From Ascoidea asiatica JCM 7603 (lineage: Eukaryota > Fungi > Ascomycota), in contig BCKQ01000006.1 of the NCBI GenBank assembly GCA_001600695.1, positions 653,710 to 680,980 on the forward strand: a stretch of DNA of 27,271 bases, written 5' to 3'. How positions within the stretch are numbered: position 1 is the first letter of the stretch; the number at the start of each line of letters is the position of its first letter. Below are positions 1 through 8,522 of this stretch, piece after piece. The position numbers were made by a program, and so were the translations under genes. Under the pieces are notes generated by a model. That model had not been told where the DNA came from, searched no databases, and saw nothing but the letters and a program-made list of their open reading frames with translations.

Positions 1-1665
1 AACAAAATTGAACAATCAGATGAAACAATAAGCTTTATATCCGATTTTTCTCCAAGTATAATCAACATACAAAATCACGAAAAAGAAAATTATAAGATTC
101 TGAATAAAAGAAACAGATCAACTTCTTTATTATCCATCAGTGAATCTTGTTTCAATAACAAAACTAAAAGTCGTACTAGTAACAATCATCATCATAATAG
201 TAATAATGCTGATAACTTAAATAATGATAGCTTCAATAGTAGTATTAGAAGTATCAGAAGCATAAGCAGAAACAATAGTATTAAAAGCACAAATAGTGGA
301 GGGAGGATTAAAAGTGTGGTTTGCAACATGAGTGTTTCTAGTCTACCAAAGCAGAGTATGAACTTGAGTAGTGCCAATTTAAGTATCAAAAGTATCAACG
401 CTAGTCTTAGAGGAATTGAGGATAAAAAAAATGGAGTTCATGTTCATAATAAATCAAACCTTAGTAATTCTGTTGGTAATTTTGGTAATATTCACAATGA
501 AAGTGGCTCTTCTTTGGGTAACATGGTTTCATCGAGATTCAGTTTCACTCCTTCCATTGCAATAAATGTCATTGACCCTTCAAATGAAAGAAGAACAATA
601 CTGAGATCAAAAGGTAGTAAAGCATATAAATCAATTCGATTATATAAAAAAGATAATAAATCTAAAAGCAAAGAAGATATAATATTCAGAAAAGACAAAA
701 ATACATCATTTGATAAAGTCAATAGAGATTTATATATTCATACAAACAATGATATTTCCGAAATCAAAAGAAATATGTTGGATCTGGGTAGAGGAAATGG
801 AACACAAAAACATAATAAATTCAAGAATCTGTCTAAAATGAGAGTAGAGGTTGCTCTGAGAGAATCTGAAAGAGAGAAACATGGAGATGATAATTATAAA
901 GGTATACAAACAAAAACTAGAGGTAGTCTGAAACCTTTGAGACTGAAGAAGCTGTTTGAGAATTTACGTAATCCACTGTTGAGTAAGAAGACAATTAAAA
1001 ATGTTGATACTAAGAATACCGAAAGTGTTAATGACAAGGAGAAAATAAATACAACCACCATCGGTGCTAATAACAATACAAAGGGGAGTCAAATTAGAGA
1101 TAGTGAAAAGGTAATCGATGACCAAATTGAAAAAGTAAAAAGCCAGGTTCCTGATATTGAGAATAATAAGAAAGATAAAAGGAATACTACTATGGATGCT
1201 AGCATTGATGTCGAGGATAACAAGTCTCTCAAAGATATTATTGATGAAGTTTATCTTTACGATGAAGGAGAGGTATATACCAGTGTGAAAGTTGGCGTGA
1301 GTAGTATAGATTTCGCTGATAGCTGTTTTAGCTATGAGAGTAGTCTGAATGAAAAAAGTAAAGAAAGTGAGATCAGTGAGATTACTGAAACTACCAATAC
1401 TGCAGATAATACCGGAAGCAGAAGCAGTGAAGAGAGTAGTAAGAGCAAGAAAGATGAACTAGCTAGCTTACTTCAGAAGGCCAAGAAACAGGAATTGAAT
1501 ATGATGTTTACAGATGATTATATGAAAGGGATACATAAAGGTCAATATTCCAACGTAGCTGAACTCATCAATGAAAGCCATCATAGAGAATCTAAAAAAA
1601 TTGGAAGGAGATTCTCGAAATGCTTTAAGTTTTTTAAAAGCAAGTCTGAGCTTATAGAAGTTTGA
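1..1665 (+). CDS. 5'-partial hypothetical Ser/Asn/Lys/Glu-rich, largely disordered protein (copy A, inside left IR arm)
   Basis: Frame 1 is stop-free from base 1 (NKIEQSDETISFISDFSPS...) to TGA 1663-1665, 554 codons. The ORF-track start at 316 is an internal GTG. No recognisable domain; basic/aromatic C-terminus KKIGRRFSKCFKFFKSKSELIEV. Confidence 0.8.
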   Translation, partial: NKIEQSDETISFISDFSPSIINIQNHEKENYKILNKRNRSTSLLSISESCFNNKTKSRTSNNHHHNSNNADNLNNDSFNSSIRSIRSISRNNSIKSTNSGGRIKSVVCNMSVSSLPKQSMNLSSANLSIKSINASLRGIEDKKNGVHVHNKSNLSNSVGNFGNIHNESGSSLGNMVSSRFSFTPSIAINVIDPSNERRTILRSKGSKAYKSIRLYKKDNKSKSKEDIIFRKDKNTSFDKVNRDLYIHTNNDISEIKRNMLDLGRGNGTQKHNKFKNLSKMRVEVALRESEREKHGDDNYKGIQTKTRGSLKPLRLKKLFENLRNPLLSKKTIKNVDTKNTESVNDKEKINTTTIGANNNTKGSQIRDSEKVIDDQIEKVKSQVPDIENNKKDKRNTTMDASIDVEDNKSLKDIIDEVYLYDEGEVYTSVKVGVSSIDFADSCFSYESSLNEKSKESEISEITETTNTADNTGSRSSEESSKSKKDELASLLQKAKKQELNMMFTDDYMKGIHKGQYSNVAELINESHHRESKKIGRRFSKCFKFFKSKSELIEV

Positions 1666-1734
1666 GTTCTTATTATGCAAATCTATTCAATCAATTGCGT
1701 AATGAAATATGTAATGAAATATAACGAAATATAA
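1..1734 (+). repeat. Left arm of long inverted repeat (pairs with 25538..27271); may extend beyond the window
   Basis: Position x mirrors 27272-x without indels: ORFs 316..1665/25607..26956 and 1468..1680/25592..25804 are exact mirrors. Manual comparison found only two substitutions: 646 A vs G and 904 A vs C. Confidence 0.98.
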
Positions 1735-1781
1735 TGATATATAACCAAATATAATGAAATATAATGTAATATAATGAAATT
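1700..1781 (+). repeat. 10-bp minisatellite, consensus TAATGAAATA (left copy)
   Basis: One unit at 1700, a TG spacer, then seven units from 1712: taatgaaata, taacgaaata, taatgatata, taaccaaata, taatgaaata, taatgtaata, taatgaaatt. Confidence 0.9.
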
Positions 1782-1808
1782 TTAATAGTTGTATTTTAAA
1801 AGGCTTTT

Positions 1809-1985
1809 TTGAAAGTCGAGCTCGGAATGAACCTAAACCCTAATTACGCTTAAGCTTGAAAACTCGAAAACTTCGAGATTAAAGTTTAGCTCTTTAAATA
1901 CATTATATTTGTTTCATTAAAAACATTGAAAACTATTGTTTCTAATGATAGTTTTTGTTTGACAGTATAAGTGAATTGCCTGGCC
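1809..1985 (+). repeat. Diverged inner extension of the inverted repeat (about 80% identity to reverse complement of 25283..25446)
   Basis: 1809..1923 (...aacctaaaccctaatt...taagcttgaaaactcgaaaacttcgagattaaagtttagctctttaaatacattatatttgtttca) aligns by eye with RC of 25331..25446 (...aacctaaaccttaatt...taagcttgaaatttcgaaaacctcgatattaaagtttagctttttgaatgcattatatttgtttca). A weaker match continues to about 1985. Confidence 0.85.
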
Positions 1986-2950
1986 ATCTTTTATAAATAT
2001 TTTTGAGATTTACTTTGTTGCTTATCAATCAAAGTCTAGAAAATTTCTTACCCAACGATATCTAACTTACCATTATATTATCGCTTATAGCTTATTTTTA
2101 AAGTGACGATTACATATTAGGTGATTCTATAATCTCTAATGAATGATACACAGACTACAAGCAATATCGACATGTTTACACAAAATTAATCGGAAGTGAT
2201 ATCAATAGATGCTACTCTGTAAATATCAAGTCAGAACAATAATAAAAATACCGAGATTTTCAGTAATAACAAACGAAAAAATAATAGTCCATTTATAGAG
2301 CAGAAATTTGAAGTAATCCTGGAAAAATGTCTTGAGAGCATTTGAAAAAGAGAAATGGTATGCAAAAATACATTTTGGTTGATATACATTGCTTATCATA
2401 AAAATCACTTCTTCAATGAGCGATACTATCGCCTATGGTGGATGTGCTTTTTTTAATCGTAAGCAATACTATCACAGATATATAATCAGCATAGTGACTA
2501 TAAAAACTCTTTCATTTAGACACAGTATTTTTTTTCTTTTGAGAGTTATTCTCGATTGAATCAATAGGCTTGCTTCTTGAAAAGATCAAGGATAGATTGA
2601 CAAAGTTTTACAAAGCCAAAGGTGGTTACATAATAGAAATAGACGAGCAGCCAAATTATCCAGAATATTTAGAACAAATTTCTCATAGAAATTTAATCGA
2701 AGAAACTAAAAAAACTTTAAAATATATCTATTTAATGTAAGTATAAAGAAGTATAAATCATAACTAAGTTAAAAGAGTACATAAAAAGAAAAATGTATAA
2801 TTATAAATTTCTATAAAAAAATTTCTAAAATACTTTAAGTCTCCAAATAGGTTAACTAACTATTTTCATATTATTTAGTAATAAATATTTCTTTCAAAAT
2901 ATTATTCATTAATGACAAATCAAAATGGATAAGTATTCAGGAAATATTTT

Positions 2951-4141
2951 TTACTCAATTATGGGCTTTCCAATTCTTTTTTCTTCAATTTGTTTATCAT
3001 ATATTTTTTCATTGCTCGAATTATAATTAGTGTAAGTATTATAGCCATAATTATAGTGAGAAGTAAAAGTGCTAAAATCCCAATTGGTATTTAATGTTAA
3101 GTTATTTTTAAATCTAAAAATTAAATCAGGATTTGAAATGAATAATTTTCCAAAACCAATCAAAGTTCTTTTTTCAACATTATCTGAATTTAAATCATTT
3201 TCAATTAATTTATTATCGGGATACATAAAATAATAATAAGAATTAATTCTGATTAAAATACCTTTCCAATATTTTAAAATCCAATTATTACCATGAATTC
3301 TTGATAATAAATTGCTTTCATTTTTTGAATTTGAAGAAGGAATTGAAATTTTAGATTCAATAATAGAAATATAAGCTAGTTGTTTTTCTGTGCTATTGTT
3401 TGATAAATTTTGTAAATATTCTAAAAGATATTTATAATCTTGAATAATTTGATTTTTAACTGAATTATCAATTTTTAATCTAATTTCACCACTTGACCAA
3501 GGAGATAATCTTAAACCGATTTTATTATAGTCTATGACTTGGCCAATTTCATTAATAATTTCAATTAATAATCTTGACCTATTTATTATACTTTCACCAG
3601 AATATACAGATAATTGATCATTTTTTTGAATTGAATTTGTCTTATGGTGTAAGAAACAGTGTAATAAATTTCCATAACATGATTGAATTTCTATACCGTC
3701 AGCTTTAGCTAATTTAACTGAATTTATAGCTGAAGTCACAAAACTTTTTTTAAGTGAAATAATATCTTTTAAAGTTTTCAATTCACTAAATTCATAAGGT
3801 GAATAGAGTTGAAAGAATATGAAAGAATTATTTGAATGAATTTTTTTTGTAATTTCAAACCAGTTTTTAATTTGAATATCATTATAGATTCCAGGAATGT
3901 GATTAGTATTAGGTGTCAAATTTTCAGGAGCTGAAACTAAAATGGCTTCAGAAATTAATAAAGTGCCTGGTTCTTTTGACCTGTCGTCATAATGTTTCAA
4001 CATTAAATCCGTTGGTATTCCATCAATTGTTGCTCGATTTCTAGTCAATGGAGCCATAACTATCCGATGCTTCAAGTTTATTGAATGCCCATCATCTTTA
4101 ATAGGAAGTGAGATTGGTTTAAAAAGCAAATCAGGAAGCAT
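2951..4141 (-). CDS. Old Yellow Enzyme (flavin oxidoreductase / NADPH dehydrogenase) family protein with degenerate active site
   Basis: OYE motifs LKHRIVMAPLTRNRA, PGTLLISEA, PGIYNDIQ, ADGIEI, NRSRLLIEII, IGLRLSPW, TLIGFGKLFISNPDL, GYNTY. The catalytic EIHSANGY motif reads EIQSCYGN here. Confidence 0.92.
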   Translation of the reverse strand: MLPDLLFKPISLPIKDDGHSINLKHRIVMAPLTRNRATIDGIPTDLMLKHYDDRSKEPGTLLISEAILVSAPENLTPNTNHIPGIYNDIQIKNWFEITKKIHSNNSFIFFQLYSPYEFSELKTLKDIISLKKSFVTSAINSVKLAKADGIEIQSCYGNLLHCFLHHKTNSIQKNDQLSVYSGESIINRSRLLIEIINEIGQVIDYNKIGLRLSPWSSGEIRLKIDNSVKNQIIQDYKYLLEYLQNLSNNSTEKQLAYISIIESKISIPSSNSKNESNLLSRIHGNNWILKYWKGILIRINSYYYFMYPDNKLIENDLNSDNVEKRTLIGFGKLFISNPDLIFRFKNNLTLNTNWDFSTFTSHYNYGYNTYTNYNSSNEKIYDKQIEEKRIGKPIIE

Positions 4142-4434
4142 AAAGTATTAAGAAACAGACTGTAGTTTTATAATTCAAACCACCTTTTTAAAATGTAATA
4201 TAAAAAAGAGATAATCCTCGATAGATAAAAAAATACAAAAACAATAAGGATAATAAAGTTAACTTAGACTTTAACTCCCTTTTTTATTAAAGTTTGGCGT
4301 TCAATGCAGACTGCGCCACAGCCCGGCTTTTGAAAATTTAAGCCTCATTCTTGAAGCTGTGTATTAACGTTAGTTATTGTTGCTTCGTGTTGTGTGATGT
4401 ATTAAGCACCTCTTTCGAAAGCTAGCGGCATAGC

Positions 4435-4469
4435 CACGTGCAGTTGCAGAAACCGGTGGCCGTTACCCG
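4435..4469. promoter_or_regulatory. Candidate bHLH E-box (CACGTG, 4435-4440) and Reb1-type site (TTACCCG, 4463-4469) in the GC-rich core of a divergent promoter
   Basis: Exact motif matches in a GC-rich patch (about 4295-4500) between the divergent starts at 4141 and 4783. Function is inferred from S. cerevisiae Cbf1/Pho4/Tye7 and Reb1 consensus sequences. Confidence 0.45.
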
Positions 4470-4782
4470 GCTCCCTCCGTGAAAATTCTGGTTCTGCCTC
4501 AAGTCTCAAATTTAGGTAAATGCTGTGGATTTTATTCGATTTTGTTCAGTTCAACGTATTTTACTCAATTTTACCCAGTTTGATTCTATCTCTTGCAAAT
4601 TCACTCTATTCTAAATTAATCTAGTCTTATTCAATTGAACTAAATAAACCTACTTTTATTCTTATCCTTTAAAATTAATAGTACTCTTCATAATTATTAT
4701 ATTTTCTTCATTGTTTATAACTTTTTTTCTAATAATAATCACGAGAACAACAATAATATAATCTATTTTTTTTTTTTTCAAA

Positions 4783-6150
4783 ATGACTTCGCAATCGAAA
4801 AAACATTCAAACGATCATCTTATTCATAGACCAAAAAGTTTTTCCTCTCAAGAAGAAATGATATCTGCATTTGCTTTATCAAATCCAACTCCAAGAAGAG
4901 CTTCTAATTTAAATCAAGGTGATATTATCATTAACGATTCTTTTGATAATGAAAATCTTAATGACATTGATGAAATCAATATCGATAATATGGATAATTT
5001 AGATAATATTTCAACTGCTTCTCCCACTTCTTTCACCAACTTAGATTCTTTCAATAATCAAAGTTCTGATATAACCTCTAATAATAATAATGACAATTCT
5101 ACTAATAATACTAATAGTAATACCAATAATATTACAACCAGCGATACTAATACTACCAATAATAATTCGAACAATAACAATAGTAATACTAATACCAATA
5201 GCAACACTGCTAAAAGTAATTATCTATCTGCATCCAATTTAAATTCTTACAATAAAAATCAAATCAATTTAAATAAAAATTATATCTCTTCAACTGCTGC
5301 TTCAATAGCTTCTTCTGATGCTGTTGACTTATTATCAAATTCAATTAATACAAATCCTTCAAATAATTTAAATACAATAAATTCTGCAAATTCAATAGTT
5401 ATATCTAAATCAACAAGTAATTTTACTCCTTTAATTCATTCAACTTCTGTTAGTAGTAATATAATCAATAACAATAATATCAACAATAATAACTCTTTAA
5501 AAGTAAATAATTTAAATAATTTAAATAACTCAAATAATTGGTCAAGTATTTCTTTAGCAAATTCAAATCAATTATCAAGAAATTCTTCAACTTCAAATTT
5601 ATCAACAATTGCAACAAAAGATGGTATTTTAGGTAAAAAAGCTGTTTCAAAATTCAATATTAATAATTTTAATTATAATAATTCAAATTATAGTAATAGT
5701 ATACATAATTATAATCATAATTATAAATTAAATAACTTTAGAAACAATAATAATGATATTAATAACAATAATAATGATGTTGATGATGATCTTGATAACG
5801 ATGATGATGATGATTTATCAGATATTGAAATGGGCTCAAATGATAATAATATTAACTCAAATCATAAAGAAATTAATAATGATATTATTAGTGAAGCTAG
5901 TAATGATAGCAAAGATATAAATCGTAATGAAAATAATGTTTCCTATTACCAAAATAATAATAATATTGATATTAATAATCCAAAAGAATCTAGTTTAAAA
6001 TCAAAGTCTTCTTCTGGTAATGTTATCAATAACAATAATAATTTTATCCTGCAAAACCATCAACAATTATTCATTAAAAGAAATGGCTCCAATTTAACTC
6101 TAGGTGCAATGAGTGATGATATCTCTGTTGATGATTATCCCAAATATTAA
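4783..6150 (+). CDS. Hypothetical Asn/Ser-rich low-complexity protein (455 aa)
   Basis: Long ATG-initiated ORF with A-rich start context and host-like codon use. Short complex segments HRPKSFSSQEEMISAFALSNPTPRRAS and LSRNSSTSNLSTIATKDGILGKK; no family recognised. Confidence 0.8.
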   Translation: MTSQSKKHSNDHLIHRPKSFSSQEEMISAFALSNPTPRRASNLNQGDIIINDSFDNENLNDIDEINIDNMDNLDNISTASPTSFTNLDSFNNQSSDITSNNNNDNSTNNTNSNTNNITTSDTNTTNNNSNNNNSNTNTNSNTAKSNYLSASNLNSYNKNQINLNKNYISSTAASIASSDAVDLLSNSINTNPSNNLNTINSANSIVISKSTSNFTPLIHSTSVSSNIINNNNINNNNSLKVNNLNNLNNSNNWSSISLANSNQLSRNSSTSNLSTIATKDGILGKKAVSKFNINNFNYNNSNYSNSIHNYNHNYKLNNFRNNNNDINNNNNDVDDDLDNDDDDDLSDIEMGSNDNNINSNHKEINNDIISEASNDSKDINRNENNVSYYQNNNNIDINNPKESSLKSKSSSGNVINNNNNFILQNHQQLFIKRNGSNLTLGAMSDDISVDDYPKY

Positions 6151-6482
6151 GAATAAGAACTCAATTTATATACCCTCTTTTGATTCTTTAAACTTTTACT
6201 CTTTTAATTATTTGCTTTTTCTCTTTTCAAAATTTTCAATTCTTCCTATTATATTTTTTTTTTCTGTTATTTACTTTTACTTTCTTTTTGGGGTTCTATC
6301 GTTTTTAATTGTGTTGTTTCTTTTTTGTTCTGGTTCTTATTTCGTTCAATATCAATTTAATTGAATTTTACAAGTTATCCTTAATTTCTATTTATTTGGA
6401 ATATCTTTATCTTTAAAGTTAAATTAAATTAAAAATTTCTATAATCTATAATACACTAATATTTTCTTTATTATATTCTATT

Positions 6483-8522
6483 TTAATTAGATTTATTTGG
6501 AGACGAAACTCTTTCAACAATTCTAAATATTGATATTGTAAAAGTTCCAACCCAAGTTATTAAAATTAAAAATAAAAAGCAAGCTAAAGCTCTTTGAGTA
6601 TCACAGATTTCGCTAATTTTAAGACTAGTCAGTGATAAAGTTCTAATTAATAATCTCAGAAATTTAGTTTTTTGAAATGATTTAGATTCATCATTTGATA
6701 AACTATTTGATTCAGCTTTCAATTGATTTAAAGAACTAACGCAAACCCATTGATCATCATATAAAGTATTGAAAGTTAAAGATAAGTTTGCAGAAGAAAA
6801 AATTATGAATAATAAATCTAAAGAAATTAATTTAATTTTATCCATTGGATTTCTTAACCCAATTTGTTGACCACTATATTCATCATGAGTTATATATAAT
6901 ATATAAATTAAAGCAATACTTTGAACACAAATTGACATTATTGTACTTGGTTGTTGACTAATTTTCTCAACAGTATTATTTTTTGAAGATACAAAAACAG
7001 AGCATGCTAAAGCTAACGCAATTACACTTAATAAAAAAGTTATAGATCTTAAAATAACTAAGATATATGGACTTGATAAGCAAATTCTTTTAAAAGCAGG
7101 TTTCCAACGTTCTCTTTGTTCTGAAGCCATCCAGTATTTTGCTGTAGATCTAATTTTTGGAGGTTTATCAGTATTTTTTCTTGATCTTCTTGGAGAATTT
7201 TTATTATAATCGGTACTTGTATTAAATTTTCTTTTCAAACGTTCATCACCTTCCCATTCTCCAGATAAATCTGCTAATTGATATTCTTCATGTTGTATAG
7301 AAGAAGAATCGAATTTTTGTAAAGAATCTTCTGTGGAAGTTGAAGTATAAGTATTATAGTGATTTTCATTTTCATTTATTATAGACAGTGGGATTCTATT
7401 TTGTATATTGTTTTTAGTATTTTTATTAAATTCATCATTGGAATTATTTTCATTATTTAGAAAATTATTGTGATTATCATCTTCTAAATTATTTATACCG
7501 TTTGAAGAAGGATTGTTAATAAAAGAAGATCTTAAAATTGCAGGTGTATTTTTAATTGTTGATATAAAATTACCCCAATTATCATTTAAAGACGATACAA
7601 ATAAATCTTTATTTTCATAAGTTGAATTTTCTTTTGTTGAATTTGCATAAGATTGTGATAAAGATGGAGAATAAGTGGTTGAAAAATTAGATAGAGTAGA
7701 TTGATGATTTGATCTTGAAGGTAGTAAAGAATCAGAATTAAAATTATCAGAATTTTTAAAGTGAGCTTTTGATATACTATCTAATACAAAAGGGGGGACA
7801 GTTGTTGCCTCATGATTATAATGATTCATAATTGAATTTGAAGATGTATCATTGTTATTATTATTATTATTGATGTTATTTAAGTTGTTATTATTATTAT
7901 TAGGAGCAGTATTATTAGTTATTGTGCTTAAAGGTAATATTGAATTTATATTTGAAGCTGAAAAATTTCTACTTTGAGGAGGCAGTAGAAGTATATCAGT
8001 TCTCAATGTATTACTACTAGTCATAGTATTTATATTATTTATATTAAGTTTACTTGATTGATTATTTGATTGAGGTAATAATTGATTTGAAGAATAAGTT
8101 AGATTAGGAGAAGCCAATTGTTTATTTGTGTTTAAAGTATTTAATGTTGATGATGAATCAGGGATTATATTCTGTATTGAATTTTGATTTGCAGAATTAC
8201 TTTTTTGTCTTGGAGTTTCAAATATATTATTTTCACTATTTATATTGTTTATTTCATTTATGTTGTTTATGTTGTCAATATCGTTTATATCGTTTATGCT
8301 TTTCTTACTATTATTACTGTAAGAGACCGTACTATTATTATTGTTATTACTATTGTTATTATTATTAGGATAAATTTCTGAAATAAATTTTGATTTACTC
8401 TCTGATTTATTATCTGAATTATTTTCTATATTATAATTTTGATTTGAATTTGAATTATATACGAAGTCTAAAATATCAATATGATTGTTTGAGTTATTTG
8501 AGTTGATATTATTTGAATCCAT
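6483..8522 (-). CDS. SRF1: Regulator of phospholipase D Srf1-like membrane protein
   Basis: Asn-rich N-terminus with TVPPFVL motif. C-terminal four-TM domain with QQPSTIMSICVQSIALIYILYITHDEYSG..IGLRNPMDKIKLISLDLLFIIFSSANLSL, WVC and ICDTQRALACFLF, as in fungal Srf1. Confidence 0.82.
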   Translation of the reverse strand: MDSNNINSNNSNNHIDILDFVYNSNSNQNYNIENNSDNKSESKSKFISEIYPNNNNNSNNNNNSTVSYSNNSKKSINDINDIDNINNINEINNINSENNIFETPRQKSNSANQNSIQNIIPDSSSTLNTLNTNKQLASPNLTYSSNQLLPQSNNQSSKLNINNINTMTSSNTLRTDILLLPPQSRNFSASNINSILPLSTITNNTAPNNNNNNLNNINNNNNNNDTSSNSIMNHYNHEATTVPPFVLDSISKAHFKNSDNFNSDSLLPSRSNHQSTLSNFSTTYSPSLSQSYANSTKENSTYENKDLFVSSLNDNWGNFISTIKNTPAILRSSFINNPSSNGINNLEDDNHNNFLNNENNSNDEFNKNTKNNIQNRIPLSIINENENHYNTYTSTSTEDSLQKFDSSSIQHEEYQLADLSGEWEGDERLKRKFNTSTDYNKNSPRRSRKNTDKPPKIRSTAKYWMASEQRERWKPAFKRICLSSPYILVILRSITFLLSVIALALACSVFVSSKNNTVEKISQQPSTIMSICVQSIALIYILYITHDEYSGQQIGLRNPMDKIKLISLDLLFIIFSSANLSLTFNTLYDDQWVCVSSLNQLKAESNSLSNDESKSFQKTKFLRLLIRTLSLTSLKISEICDTQRALACFLFLILITWVGTFTISIFRIVERVSSPNKSN

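Noticed and set aside
316-1665. 449-aa protein starting at 316
   Set aside because: 316 is a GTG inside a frame already open from base 1, so the true start is probably upstream of the window.
192-1680. Short antisense ORFs 192..398, 492..722, 894..1076, 1468..1680 and their mirrors at 25592..27080
   Set aside because: Shadow frames opposite the long sense ORF; their hydrophobicity reflects the complement of A-rich codons.
1700-1781. CRISPR-like array or telomeric repeat
   Set aside because: Contiguous 10-bp units without spacers, in a eukaryotic internal location.
1985-2950. MAT genes inside the left arm; QRWLHNRNRRAAK (about 2617-2655) superficially resembles homeodomain helix 3
   Set aside because: It lies in a 30-codon stop-bounded frame, does not match WFxNRR and lacks linked helices 1-2. 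No HMG or alpha-box motif was seen here or in 24707..25283.
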